A DNA stretch of 64,000 nucleotides from Chrysomallon squamiferum. Lineage: Eukaryota; Animalia; Mollusca. The notes beneath the pieces are model-generated. The model was not told the origin of the DNA, made no database searches, and was given only the letters and a program-made list of their open reading frames with translations. Shown here in pieces: positions 50,701-62,192 of the stretch. Both the position numbers and the translations under genes were made by a program. Positions within the stretch are counted from its first letter, which is position 1, and each line of letters begins with the position of its first letter. The stretch spans positions 22,196,001-22,260,000 of the forward strand of contig CM022667.1 in NCBI GenBank assembly GCA_012295275.1, in the 5' to 3' direction.

Positions 50701-53700
50701 ACAATGGTTAATTTGAAACACTAATCACACAGAAAGAAAAAAAATAAGTAAATAATAATAATTTCAGCAGTTCATATTTGTTTCCTCACCAATTGTGTCA
50801 TTTTGTTGATGTATTCTGTTACTGCTAGTATTTTTTATCCGACTGTCTTCTCCATCACCAACACAGTGATTCATATTGGGATTGGCAGAAAAATATTTCA
50901 AGTCTACAGTAGAGCCTGCCAATCAAATTATTAAAAATTGTGTTAACTATTGTTTTCTAATTCAAAGTACAATAGCTAAGTAAATGTTACAAAAATTGAT
51001 TATAATAAAAAGAAACAAAACAGATCCAATGCAACTACTACATAAAAAAAACAAAAAAAACAATATGAAATAAAAAACTGACCATGAGTATCAGGTTCTT
51101 CATCTGATTCTTGACCTTCACCTTGCCCATGCTCATCATCAAAATCCACAAGGTCACTGAAGTCCTGATCCAGAAGTTCAAGTTCTCCATCTTCAAAGTG
51201 AACATCAACAACACTCTGGTCTAACTCTGGGTCTTCATGCATGTCTGCAAGGTTGCTGCTGAAAAGATTAACACCAACACGGGCTCCTTTTGAGGCAGCC
51301 TGGTCTATTTCAGCACCTGGTCGTTTCTTAACAGTATTCATCTCATGACTGAGGCCCAATGGCTGATAATCAGATGATCCAAGAGATAATGGATGACTGT
51401 CAGGCTGTTTGTCCAGTAGCAAATTGCTGTTTGATAGATCTGAAAAGGCATCAGCTATTTATATAGGTTTTCAGGGTTTTTTAATTTATAAAAAAGAAGT
51501 TAAAACACAACAGAAAATCAATAAAATCAATGCATGAAAATATTTATGAGAAAAAAACACATTTATTTCTAAGTTTATAAATAATCTCCTAAAAGTTATC
51601 TGATATGTTGTTATGAATGATATACCCAGTCTTAATTGTTATAGAAAGTCTACTTCTGTCACAAGCTAAACTTTACTTTAATGCACTTCAAACAAAGGTG
51701 ATGCACTTGCAATCTGCATTTTTAAATAATTTATAAATTGAATTATTAATTTATTATTATGTGACAAAAGATATAATTTTGTGATGTGTTGTCATTTGTA
51801 ATTTTTGTAAGTATTCTTTTTCTAACATAGAAAATGTTATATTTAATTCCTTGAAAGTGTTAATCCATACAAACAACTTATAAAAAGTAATATAGCGCCT
51901 GTCCCAAATAAAAACAACAAAAAGTATCATTCAAAAACTTAAGTGATTAAACTCCTTATACATCAAAGAACTTATTTACATGCATAAAAATAATTAAAAC
52001 CCAAGAACTGTCAAATGAAAAAGAACTATTAAAGGAAAGAATTATCTTCAATGCTGTATTTAATATTATCTGATGAATTGTTATTGAGAGTACCAATCTC
52101 AGAATCAGTCAAATGAGATTACCACTAATTTTGTTTGGTTTTTTTCCCAGTAAGAACTGAATAAAAATATTTCTATACAATACTGAGAATTTATTTCAAC
52201 TTACTCTTTGTTAACATGAGGTCTGCATCTAACAACAAAATATTACAATTTGAAAATAATTTATCCAAAATATTTGTAAATTAGTTTTTTCAATATATAT
52301 TTAAACTGCCATAATGAAAATCAGCATAACACAGAAATAACTTTTCACCATAACTGAAATTTCTTTGATAAAGAAATTACAATCCACATTATTTAAATTA
52401 AGAATTTAGTCTTTTCAGTAAGTTAAAAAAGATTTATTTTAAATGAATGAGCTATTAAATTTTATAATACAATTTTATAGTATTAGTTGAATTCTTAAGT
52501 TATACAGTCAGCATGTGTTTAAAATTAGAGACTGATGAAAAGTATGTTTATTAAAAACCTGTTATTAGTCCTAAATAAGTAAACTTTTTACATTTTTACT
52601 TATTTATTGTTTTGTTTTTAACACTGTTATAAGAAAATCAACAATCTTTTTTGCTGTCTAATTATACCTGTCATGGCGTCCACTTCAAGAATCCCCAGTG
52701 AAGATACAGATTCACTTTCTGTCAAACTGAAAAAAAGTATTAAATACTCTTAGCTTTCAAAACACACAGCTTTGTTATTCTTCTAATATGCTAAATTCAT
52801 ATTAACAAACTACATTATTAATGATTTATCAGCACTTATTACTTTCCATGTATTTCACTACTTTCTCTTCATACACTATTTAATTATTTAGCTGTTACAA
52901 TGAAAAGCAAAATGAAGTGAAATTTTCATAAGATTGGTTGCAAATAAATATTCACAACTGAGGTAAAAATCCACAAATTAAAATAATCTGTACAGTGGTA
53001 AACATTTTTTCAATTTCTTCTTATTTATTTTTGTAATACTTAAATCTAAATATACTTTTTTATATACATAATCTGAGAGATATTTATAACAAATTTTCAA
53101 GGTTAATTTTTTACTTTAAAAATGGAAATAAAACTGTCTGTTTATGAAACAGTCGTGAAAGATGGGATGAAAAAAACTACAACAAACTGTAATATTACAT
53201 TTGTGATTTTATTACTTCATGGCACCAGAAGCAAAAAACACAATTGCGAGAAACCTATTTATTTAGGAATTTGTTCATACACCAAAGGTTCACTTTCAGT
53301 AACTGATAATAAATAAATAAATACTAATGTTACACCTACTTGTGAGTTCCTTCCTCTTTGATGTTCTTCACGAGATTCTGTGCTTGACTGAAAACTTCTT
53401 TTTGCTGTGTTTCATTCAGACTGTTAAATGAGAGTTTCATTGGGTCTGGCTGATTCCAGGGCGAGGCTGTTTCAGGAATAGAGTGGCCTATGAATGAGCC
53501 TCTTGGATCTCTTTTAGCCATTTCTTTAAGTCTAATGAAATAACAAATATTTTTGTGTGAGAAATTAAAAAGATTAACATTAATAATTAAAAATTTGTTA
53601 ATGTGGATGCTTTTAGTAACAGCGGGATATTTCTTTCCTTAAAAAAATCTGTACATTCCAATTTAATATGAACATTCATGAAAAATATAACAAACATATA

Positions 53701-53958
53701 CTCACAATGAACAAAGCATGAACTCACTTTCAAACAATTCAATATTTCAAACCCTTTATTCTTTGAAAAAATAATATATAATTAACAAGTTAAAAAACAC
53801 CTGTCTTGTTCTCTAGCTACAGTTGATTCAGCCAGTGGTGCTGGCATAGAAGTAATGGACATATTATCCAGTGAACCTCGCTGTCCATCTTGTGCAATTA
53901 AAGAAACGTCATCTATTATACACAAGCCAGTTTTATTTTGTTCCATAATCCTCAACAT
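26040..53958 (-). CDS. CEP192: Centrosomal protein 192 / SPD-2 orthologue, ~43 coding exons, ~2500 aa
   Basis: Exons (minus): 53958-53801, 53531-53340, 52726-52668, (52228-52205), 51439-51083, 50915-50790, 50548-50442, 50088-50022, 49855-49717, 49452-49341, 49094-48996, 48646-48467, 48240-48153, 46355-46191, 45710-45646, 45418-45251, 44671-44581, 44199-42304, 42091-41829, 41521-41375, 38628-38503, 38378-38171, 37822-37686, 36345-36131, 35329-35195, 34691-34607, 34282-34124, 33682-33502, 33057-32975, 32853-32732, 31851-31745, 31530-31332, 31119-31010, 30796-30736, 30435-30370, 30124-30019, 29670-29475, 29038-28863, 28559-28437, 28064-27961, 27812-27689, 26571-26510, 26166-26040. Phases are all consistent (7515 nt). 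Diagnostic motifs: PLAESTVARE, SMGLYWATRTENLG..PEFG, IALSGYGGTS, WGDEILRQNYRR, LSSFAPPYVKGV..DVFR, and C-terminal ASH/PapD-like repeats. Confidence 0.9.
26851..27671. mobile_element. Non-autonomous foldback DNA transposon (MITE) with GGG...CCC termini (Sola2- or Harbinger-like) in a CEP192 intron
   Basis: AAAA|GGGTCATTCCGTGTCAAA ... TTTGATACGGAATGACCC|AAAA. Inverted arms of ~230 bp span 26851-~27087 and ~27440-27671; there is no ORF. Confidence 0.88.
32040..32660 (-). mobile_element. Possible degraded retroelement (LINE-like) fragment in a CEP192 intron
   Basis: A GC-richer island in an AT-rich intron, with broken reading frames that do not fit the CEP192 exon chain. No diagnostic motif was recognised. 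Confidence 0.3.
35734..35765. repeat. (CA)n microsatellite abutting a transposon end
   Basis: Direct read. Confidence 0.95.
35764..36030 (+). mobile_element. Tc1/mariner-superfamily fragment (5' TIR fused to the C-terminal catalytic segment)
   Basis: Begins CAGGGTGTCCCATAAG, a typical Tc1/mariner end. 35853-35960 encodes FPGAWIG...EWPPGSPDLTPLDFYLW.ALKAMVY, the WPxxSPDLxPxD motif. Confidence 0.85.
38980..41270 (+). repeat. Dispersed repeat copy 1 (likely old non-autonomous DNA transposon) in a CEP192 intron
   Basis: Colinear similarity to 46770-48077, for example TTGGCCAACTGTAGTTTGAAAAATAACTG, CTAGGACCAACTTGTTAAATGA, CTGTGGTTTCAGTTTTGG, AAGATCTTTCAAATGACATACTT and the shared end CTGCTGGTACC. 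It has an internal ~180-bp tandem duplication at ~40440-40770. Confidence 0.8.
46584..48077 (+). repeat. Dispersed repeat copy 2, with short terminal inverted repeat
   Basis: Ends TTGGTACTGGCAGCCT ... AGGCTGCTGGTACCAA; the body is homologous to copy 1. Confidence 0.75.
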
Positions 53959-54569
53959 CTAAAATTGAAAACAAATTTCCTAAAGATTCTGTATAAAAAA
54001 TATTACAATATAAAGAAATAAGAAAGATTCCTTCCAGCATGTTCTTGATAATATAATTATAATTTATATGAATAAAGGTGGTGTCATTTGTGTTTCCACA
54101 GCTATATTATATATAGTACGTATCTTCCAAAGATAAAGAGAAGAACAACAAAAAAAAACACAACAAAAAAACATACATTTTCCAAATCAAGAGGTATTAA
54201 TATAAAAAGCAATGTTTTATTTATATTAACATCTCTTTAGGCTGTTATGTTGTCGATTGATTTGGATTTAATTTCAAGTTAATATAAACATTGATGATTG
54301 AAAATAAAATAAATAAAACCTAGTTCAGTGGCACATCTACTTATGAATTACATATATTTTAACCTGAATTTTAAACAGACAAATATAACTTATTGTTTTT
54401 ATATTACCAAATTAATGATATATTATTTATATTCAGCTTTAAGTTTAAGTTTAACTTGGCCAAAAATAGCGGAATGTGATTTTTATCTTATCATAATCAT
54501 CCATATTTGTTATTATTTTTTTCTTTTATAACAATAAAACGATGTGCATAAATTATACAGTAGTATTAC

Positions 54570-54760
54570 CCCATTCTGTCGGAATTGTAATATTCTAAAC
54601 AAACAATTTCAGATGTGCAAATAAACTAAAATCCCTCTGATCTATGATTCAGGTTTGAAAACCGCCGTTTTGCAGAAGGAATAAGTAAACAGAGTTACTT
54701 GCCCTAAACTTGAATAAAGATCTCACAGAGCAGTTAGGTTTTATTATCAAGATTTATTCA
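54570..54760 (-). promoter_or_regulatory. Probable CEP192 promoter / non-coding first exon
   Basis: The CEP192 ATG exon starts right after an acceptor AG. A candidate donor GG|GTAATA lies at 54569 on the minus strand, and there is a small CpG-containing patch (AAACGGCGGTTTTCAAA). Confidence 0.45.
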
Positions 54761-55096
54761 TAACAGAATAATAATTTTTTTAAACTGTTTACATCTGTTA
54801 GTATTAAAGAAAGGCTGACAGAAACAAATATTTGCACATGAGTTTAATTAGTGATATTGTTCTTTGAAGTACGTTAGAAAATATTTTCTTCTAAGTCATA
54901 AAACTCCTTAAATGAAAACTGCAAAGATTCTTAAAACTGTAATTTACAGTATAACCATCAAGAACGATTTTTAAAGCATGCATTTATAGTTTACGGGCTG
55001 TTATTTCCTCCAGTTTTAAAAATTTATTTTATCTTTAAAATAATGTTTATGAGTATTAGCATTTAGATGCTGTTTCCTTATTAATTTAAATAACCA

Positions 55097-58000
55097 ATCC
55101 TTGTGCGTAAAGCACCTCGCCATAATGCAGGGGTGTAACATTCTCTCCGAGAAATGCCAATACAGCGCAACCCCTTTTGGGACACCTAGCTGGCCGTGAG
55201 GAGCGTCCAGTAATGCAGGATGATGGAATCCTGATGGCTGAGCTGGGTGCATATCCGCGAATATGTTTTCTGGCAACACACCACTTTGACCTGGAGTTCT
55301 CACAGACTGATGGTCAGGGAGGCCCGAGCTGATCGGCAGGTTCGTCACGCGAAGCTCTTGAGCAAACAATCTTTGTTTTGTTTATGTAATCAGTAACAAA
55401 CATTGTTTACTATTTGTATTTGTGCCCTTTGGGCGGTGGCTAGGGTCAGCTGGGTGATTTATTGTTATGCCCAAATATATCAACCATGAATACCTGACAT
55501 GGTGTCTGGTAGTTATGCGCATCTACACGTACCCTTGTTGGACTCCGTGATGGCTGCGGAATTATTTTCCCTACATTATGGCTATCAAACTCTTGATGGG
55601 ACCCTGAAAAGGGTCGACACCGAGGTGACTCATGATGAGGAATCGAGGACCAATTTATAACTGTTGCATTTTGTCCATGGTTTCTGATCATTAATTCATC
55701 TAATGTCGGAACCTTGAGAAAAGTGTCACCTTTTGCTATTCAGGAGGGGCTTGTCGGCTTGTCTGGTGAGCGTAAAATAGTTCAAAGATGGAAACTGAAA
55801 TCGAAAAAAAAAGGCACGACAGGTTTAAACCTGAGAAACACTTGTCATTTCCTAAGCAGCTAGGTAACTGCTGGAGATAGACTTATCTGTCTTATTAGGA
55901 ATGTCCTATTCTGATAGATGCCATGTCCTAGCAGTCTTTTTCAGCCACAAAAAGTCAAAGTATCATCTCGAAAAGATCGCTATTCGGGGCGGTTGATAAA
56001 GACTGATGAAATGGAAATTTCATCTGAACATTGTCCTCTATCTTGCAGTGTGTCTTCAAGAAACTGAAAATAGAGCATCTGGGAGAGTTTCCATTCTTGT
56101 TAATGAAACCATGCCACAGAGTTCAGTAACATTAATTCCAATTTACAAGCTGTGGTTTTAAAGGTTACAGTCATAAAACTATTACTATATGTTTGGTTTA
56201 CTTGCCATCTCGTAATCATTTTACTTTTAGTTCTAGGGATCTTCAGTATCATCTTGACCTACTCCCTTCATTTTTATGTGACATTTAAACGGTCACAACA
56301 TTTTGTGGGTATGCGAGGATGTAAATATTACAGGAAAATAATCCGAAAACGTAATTCTCAAAAACGACTTGCTTTTATTTAATGATAAAAGTAACACATA
56401 TTTTCATTCATTTAGTATTGCCTGGGCTAAGGTACAATGACAGATTAGGCACAGTAAACTGAATTCACAAACATCTGTAAAATCTTTCTGAAATAGGATC
56501 CTTAAAAGCAAAGATAAAAAATCCAGTAATACAATTCATTATTTGTCTGCACTGGCAGACAACTTTTCTCATAATTCATCTTCTGCTTTCAGTGCAGATG
56601 ATTTTACACTTGTCAGAACTAAATCTGAAAAGAGTTAATTTTTCATCTGAAAATGCTGATGTTTCCCAAAGGCATTACTCTATGGAGGAATTAAAGGATG
56701 CACTTCGCAAAGCCTGTGATACTTCAGTAGGACCAGACGAAATTCATTATCACTTATTAAAGCATTTACCCGAATCATCTTTGATGGTTCTTTTGAATAT
56801 TTTTGATAACATCTGGATTTCTGCAGACCTTCCTTCTATTCTCAAACCTGGTAAGGAGCCAACCAATCCTACTGGCTATCGTCCTATCGCTTTGACAAGT
56901 TTGCATTTGTAAGACCATGGAACTAATAATCAGTCGTAGATTTGTCTGGTATCTTAAATCTTACGTGCAATGTTGGTTCAGACTTAAACGTAACATTTGA
57001 AACATTTTTGTAGGCAAACTTTGATTCATTATTAGTTTCAATGTTTTTTTGATTTTTGATTTGGACATGGCTTACGATAAGACACAGAAGTATGAGACAT
57101 CCATGGCATGGGCCTAAGGGTTCGAATTCCGGTTTTTATTTCTCAATTACGCCTCAAGGTAGTACGCTGTCTATAACTTATTTTTCAGTGAAAATTAACA
57201 ACATCACTCAGTGTTTAACACTTGTGTGTATTGACCATTATGTGTCCATGATTTTCAGATTTGCTGTAGATGGTCCGATATAAGTATCATTGAACGTAAG
57301 TTGCAGCTTTGTTTGAATAAAAGCCATCAATGGGTTATTGACAATGGCTTTCGATTCTCAAAGATCAAAACAGTTTGTATGCATATGTGCCAGAAAAGTG
57401 TTCTCCACATCGATCCACAGTTGTTTTTGGAGAAAATGCAATTCCATTTGTGAAGGAAACAAAATTTCAGAGGTTTATATTTGACAGGAAGCTATCTTTT
57501 GTGCCCCATTTTAAATGTGTTAAAAAGGAGGACTTAAATGTTTTTAGAGATATGGAATGGTGAGCAGACCGAAAGGTCATGCTCTTCAGCATGGATATCT
57601 TGTGAGGTCTAAATTTGATTATGGATGCACTGTGTATGGCCAGTACATACGTTTTACAAATGCTGGATCTGGACATAACTAGGGTATTAGATATTGTCGT
57701 GGTGAATTCAGAACATCTACAGGCAGCTTGTTCCTTGATGCATACGATCCTTGTTTGGATGTGCTAAGGTTTCTCTGCAGTAGGCTACAAATATCGAATG
57801 TTTATCAACACATCCTACACATAATGCGATGTTTGACAATAAATATATGACGTTGTTTGATGCTGTTCATACATTTGGTGTCGTATTAAATGCTTTTTGT
57901 CGCTTTCCAAAACTGATTTAACTGATACTTTGGAAACTCCTGCGCATCTTTTTAACAACCTTGTTTATAACAGGAAGCTAAGATAGTGGTTGACCTTGAG

Positions 58001-58400
58001 CACCTGAAGAAATATCGTACAGATGCTGTTGAGTATAAACGGTTAGGTATCGTGATTACGATCATGTTTATTTTGGGAAATATGGGAAATATTGTGCTTA
58101 TGCTACAGTTTTTCCAGCAGACGCAGCACTTCTATGAGATTCCCTAACTAAGCATTAATCTTGGAAAACAATTCCAGTGCATCCAAATTAATTATTTTTA
58201 CCTACTCACTTCGGTGTCTCCAAGCTTTATTTAACATGAAGCTGGACCATTACTTAATTGGCAAAGTGATACCAAAATGTGTCTTTTTATTTAATGCAAA
58301 AATATTGGGTTTTTTGTTCGATACTCAGCCATGCAGGAATCAGGAATAATAAAAAGATAGATTCTGCTGCCAAGTCTGCTTTAAATTTGCCTCAAATCAC
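55097..58400 (+). mobile_element. Decayed, internally deleted I-clade (Nimb/I-like) LINE with 5' UTR, ORF1, endonuclease, RT and RNase H remnants
   Basis: GC-rich 5' region; ORF1-like LRKVSPFAIQEGLVGLSGE at ~55710; RT-proximal GPDEIHYHLLKHLPESSLMVLLNIFDNIW...KPGKEPTNPTGYRPIALTS at 56730-56900; PQGSTLS at ~57150; RNase H-like SLRCLQAL and DSAAK at 58200-58380. Many stops and frameshifts. Confidence 0.88.
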
Positions 58401-58428
58401 GAGAACTGATATATAAAAATCTCCTTTC

Positions 58429-58483
58429 AATAATAATAATAATAATAATAATAAGAAAGAAGAAGAAGAAGAAGAAGAAGAAG

Positions 58484-58512
<29 letters not shown>
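58429..58512. repeat. Compound (AAT)n-(GAA)n microsatellite
   Basis: Direct read; immediately follows the LINE remnant. Confidence 0.95.
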
Positions 58513-58515
<3 letters not shown>

Positions 58516-59437
58516 GAAAAAGAAGGAAAATGCAATAATTAATTTATTGGTTTATTATTTATTTATATACAAAACCCCACAAAATAAGGTATGTGAAAGA
58601 ACAACGTAAGTAAAATAGCAGTGTTTTTTCTTCGCTTAGATGAGATTTTAATACCAGATACAGCACTCTAGTTTCTCCAGAAGAAAAGTAATACCAGTAA
58701 TTAATTATCCATCAAATAACATTGATTTTATAGCTATACAATTGGATCCAACAGGCCACCTTCCCATAGGACCCGATAGAAAATGTCTAATAGGTCCCCA
58801 ACACCACTTTCATTTTGTTAGCACAGTGTACCAGAGAACCATATGGTTGATCAACTAAAACTGTATTTAGAAATTCTAACAAAAAACATAAACCTTTAAA
58901 GGATCTATGAAATAAGTATTATCAGCTCATATGTCTATATGTATTCGTCTATGTGTGCCCATTTATCGATACGTGAATTTATATGTACGTTTTTAATGTT
59001 ATTATATGTACGTTTTTTATATTTGTAAATTAAGCAACTATACTTTATTGGACTCATTTGCTTTTAACTGAGAATGATGATTTCAATTTCTCAGTAATTA
59101 ATCCCTAATTCCACCATACTTGCTCCGGTGTAAAATTAAATTTATGGTACTAATAATGTAAGAACCGACCTGACAGCATCAGAGAATATGTTCTTGTCAG
59201 CGGGAACGTAATGTACCGATTGTTTTATCTATCGTTTCTGTTCGTTCATACAAATTGCATGCCTACATATAACACTGCGTGGGTTAAGGCCTCTTTATGA
59301 AATAAAAGATACATGTTCAGGCCAGTTAGTTCCTGAGATTTACTTTACAACCCACACCCCGTGTAACAGAAGTTTAAAAATGTAGGCATATTACTGAAAA
59401 ACATCACCGTGAGAATATTTCGAGAGTTAGTTGTAAT

Positions 59438-59545
59438 GGGGTACGGAAAAATGGCACTGGAAAAAATGGCACTGGAAAAAATGGCGCCGGAAAAAAAGTC
59501 TCCTGGAAAAAAATGGCACCTGCAAATTTTGAAAAAAATGGCACC
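59438..59545 (+). repeat. Short array of ~15-bp GGAAAAAATGGCAC(T) units, likely an orphan DNA-transposon end
   Basis: GGGGTAC followed by six degenerate GGAAAAAATGGCAC units. No inverted partner was found in the window. Confidence 0.7.
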
Positions 59546-61211
59546 TTATTTATTTATTCATGCAATAGTGTTACATACATGTTAATATATAGCATCACTC
59601 AGCCACGTGGTTTTGCTTAACAAAGTACAGTATTATATCAGATTTTTGTATCACACACACACACACACACACACACATATGTATGCTTGCACGCATACAT
59701 GGATACATGAGTACGTTCATTTAGATGTACCTAATATACTTAATGTTAATAGGCATACCACAGTTAAAATATCCTCCAGAATGATAACATTCTGTCAATA
59801 GCATAATATACATACATATGTATGTATGTATTGGCGGGGGTACATTTGTTCTGACTGACCGTTTAATATGAACTGTCAACAATTGTTAAAGATGATATTA
59901 GTTGCGGTTTATATTATTTCTGACATTAAACCATTATCTCAAATATTATTCATGCACTCGTTTTTTATGTACAATTATTAATTGTTTTTGTTAGCAGGAC
60001 TTCACCTACTACCAATAACTAAATATTAATAAAATAAATACTATGATTTTGGACTCTTAATCACTGGCTATCTGTGTTTGTACTGAATGCACACTTATAC
60101 TACAAATGTTGAGTTTTAATCTGTGAACTTTTTAATATCAGTAACTATAATTTTCTTTTAATAAGAAAAAATATATTGCTGATTATACGTACATCACTAA
60201 CTTGCGTTCTTTCTCCATCGTGGCTCATGGACTGCTTTCACAATAAATTCCATACGTGCCTAAATCATGTCATCATGATGACTTCATTTTTTATTTAATT
60301 ATTCATTTATTATTATTATTATTATTTTCCGCTGCATATTTATGGCAACAGCGCTCACATTCCACAGTGACATTTTGTGTTAGCTCTGTGGCGGCTTACC
60401 GGCGAGTCATCTTGAAAAACCATCAAAAACAGTCGAAGTCACATTTTAATGGGCAGGCGACTATTGGCGGAACAGCTTAAGAAATCGTCTGCCATAAGTT
60501 ATTCCCTCTGTGAAATACAAATGAAAACAATTGTAAGGTGATAATGACACTCAAGAATGCGTCGCATCCCTCTTGGATGTCTCGACCGGCCAGAATCAAC
60601 GCAGACATCGATTCTACACCGAAAACAGTGAGATAAAAACGGCAAACTAACATTAACTGTAACGAAAGTAAGTCTGCTTTTAATAGTAACATGGGCCAAT
60701 GATTTTTTTTTAAAATAAAAATAGGAAACTCATTGTTTGGCTAATAGTACATGTTTTAGAAGTTGAAAGCTTTTCGTTTTAACTTTTATTTTTTAATAAA
60801 TTTGTATATAAGGCCAGTTAACGTACCTTTATTTTTATTTATTTTTTTAAACTGATTCTAGCATTATAATGAATGTATCAAGGCAGTCATTCAAATAACA
60901 CGTGATCAATTTGTTTTTTTACATGTAAATAAGACCTGTAATGCATTGAAAATGGAAATAAATATTATTTAAAAAAAATAAAAAATAAAAAAAAATAAAA
61001 ATTGTAATGGTTTCAGGTATCGTTTTACAACTACGTACTCAGAACTGTCCGCTATGGAGTTTTAGCAGAGTAACAAGTCCACATTATGGTACCTAATGAG
61101 AATAGTCATCTTCATATTCACGCGCCAGTGTCTGTGAAAATTATTTATTTTATTTTATTATTATTATTATTATTTTATTTATTTATTTTTCTTTGGTTGG
61201 TATAATATCTG

Positions 61212-61214
<3 letters not shown>

Positions 61215-61250
<36 letters not shown>
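61215..61250. repeat. (TA)n microsatellite
   Basis: Direct read. Confidence 0.9.
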
Positions 61251-61253
<3 letters not shown>

Positions 61254-62129
61254 CGAAAAAAAAAAAAAATATATATATATGTTTCGACCGTTGAAGCAGT
61301 TTCTGCTCAATAATAGACATCTGTCTATACGAAGCATTGATTAAATGACGTATTTCCCCAAAATACTTTTAATAATCAACGTAGAACTGATTGCCTTTGA
61401 ATGAATATACGTTTAAATGTTTGTGAACACTGACCGGCGTTCGACGCAGCGATCTTCGATTTCGATCGTAAGTTTCCGTGAGCGCTCGGAAACCGTCTGA
61501 TCGGGGTTTTAAACTTCCAAATTAAACTATATTTCGGAATTTTGTACGATTTACACTGATAAAGGTAAGGATGGTTGTTCATATTACCAAACCTTTCCTA
61601 ACTACTTTTTCAACTTAATCAAACTTTTCAAACTGGATTATTTTTGTGCAAATGCATGCATAATAAATTTAAATTATAATTCGGAATAAGATTAATGTAT
61701 TAACTTTTGTAGTTATCGATGTTCCCCCTGTCAGAACCCAGCAGGAAGCAACATTTAGGTTTTGTTTGTACTCATTGAATCGGCAAAATTTCTGGAGGCA
61801 TTTTGTCCGTGACGTAATTTGTGCCGTTACGAGTTATCGTTCCTGTAGGTCCATGCCGACCTTTAAAAGATTGTTTATTAAAGATCTGCCTGAAACTGTG
61901 AACGGGTTAAGTAACAGGAATGGACAAGTCTGGCAAATCGATGGATCAGTAAGCCATTAATAATCAAATCTATCAATATCATGAACAGATAAAGAAATTT
62001 GAAATAATAATGTAAAAACATTCAAATGCGGACAACTACATTACCACTAATACCAGTCAATGAGTCATGTAGAAGGGAAACAATACTTCAATGTTTTGAC
62101 ATCCTGATGCAATGTTTTGTTTGCTTGTT

Positions 62130-62130
<1 letters not shown>

Positions 62131-62192
<62 letters not shown>
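62131..62192. repeat. (AAT)n microsatellite
   Basis: About 20 perfect units; the source of the poly-I and poly-L spurious ORFs. Confidence 0.95.

Noticed and set aside
59438-59545. CRISPR-like repeat array
   Set aside because: The context is eukaryotic, the units are contiguous with no unique spacers, and there are no cas genes.
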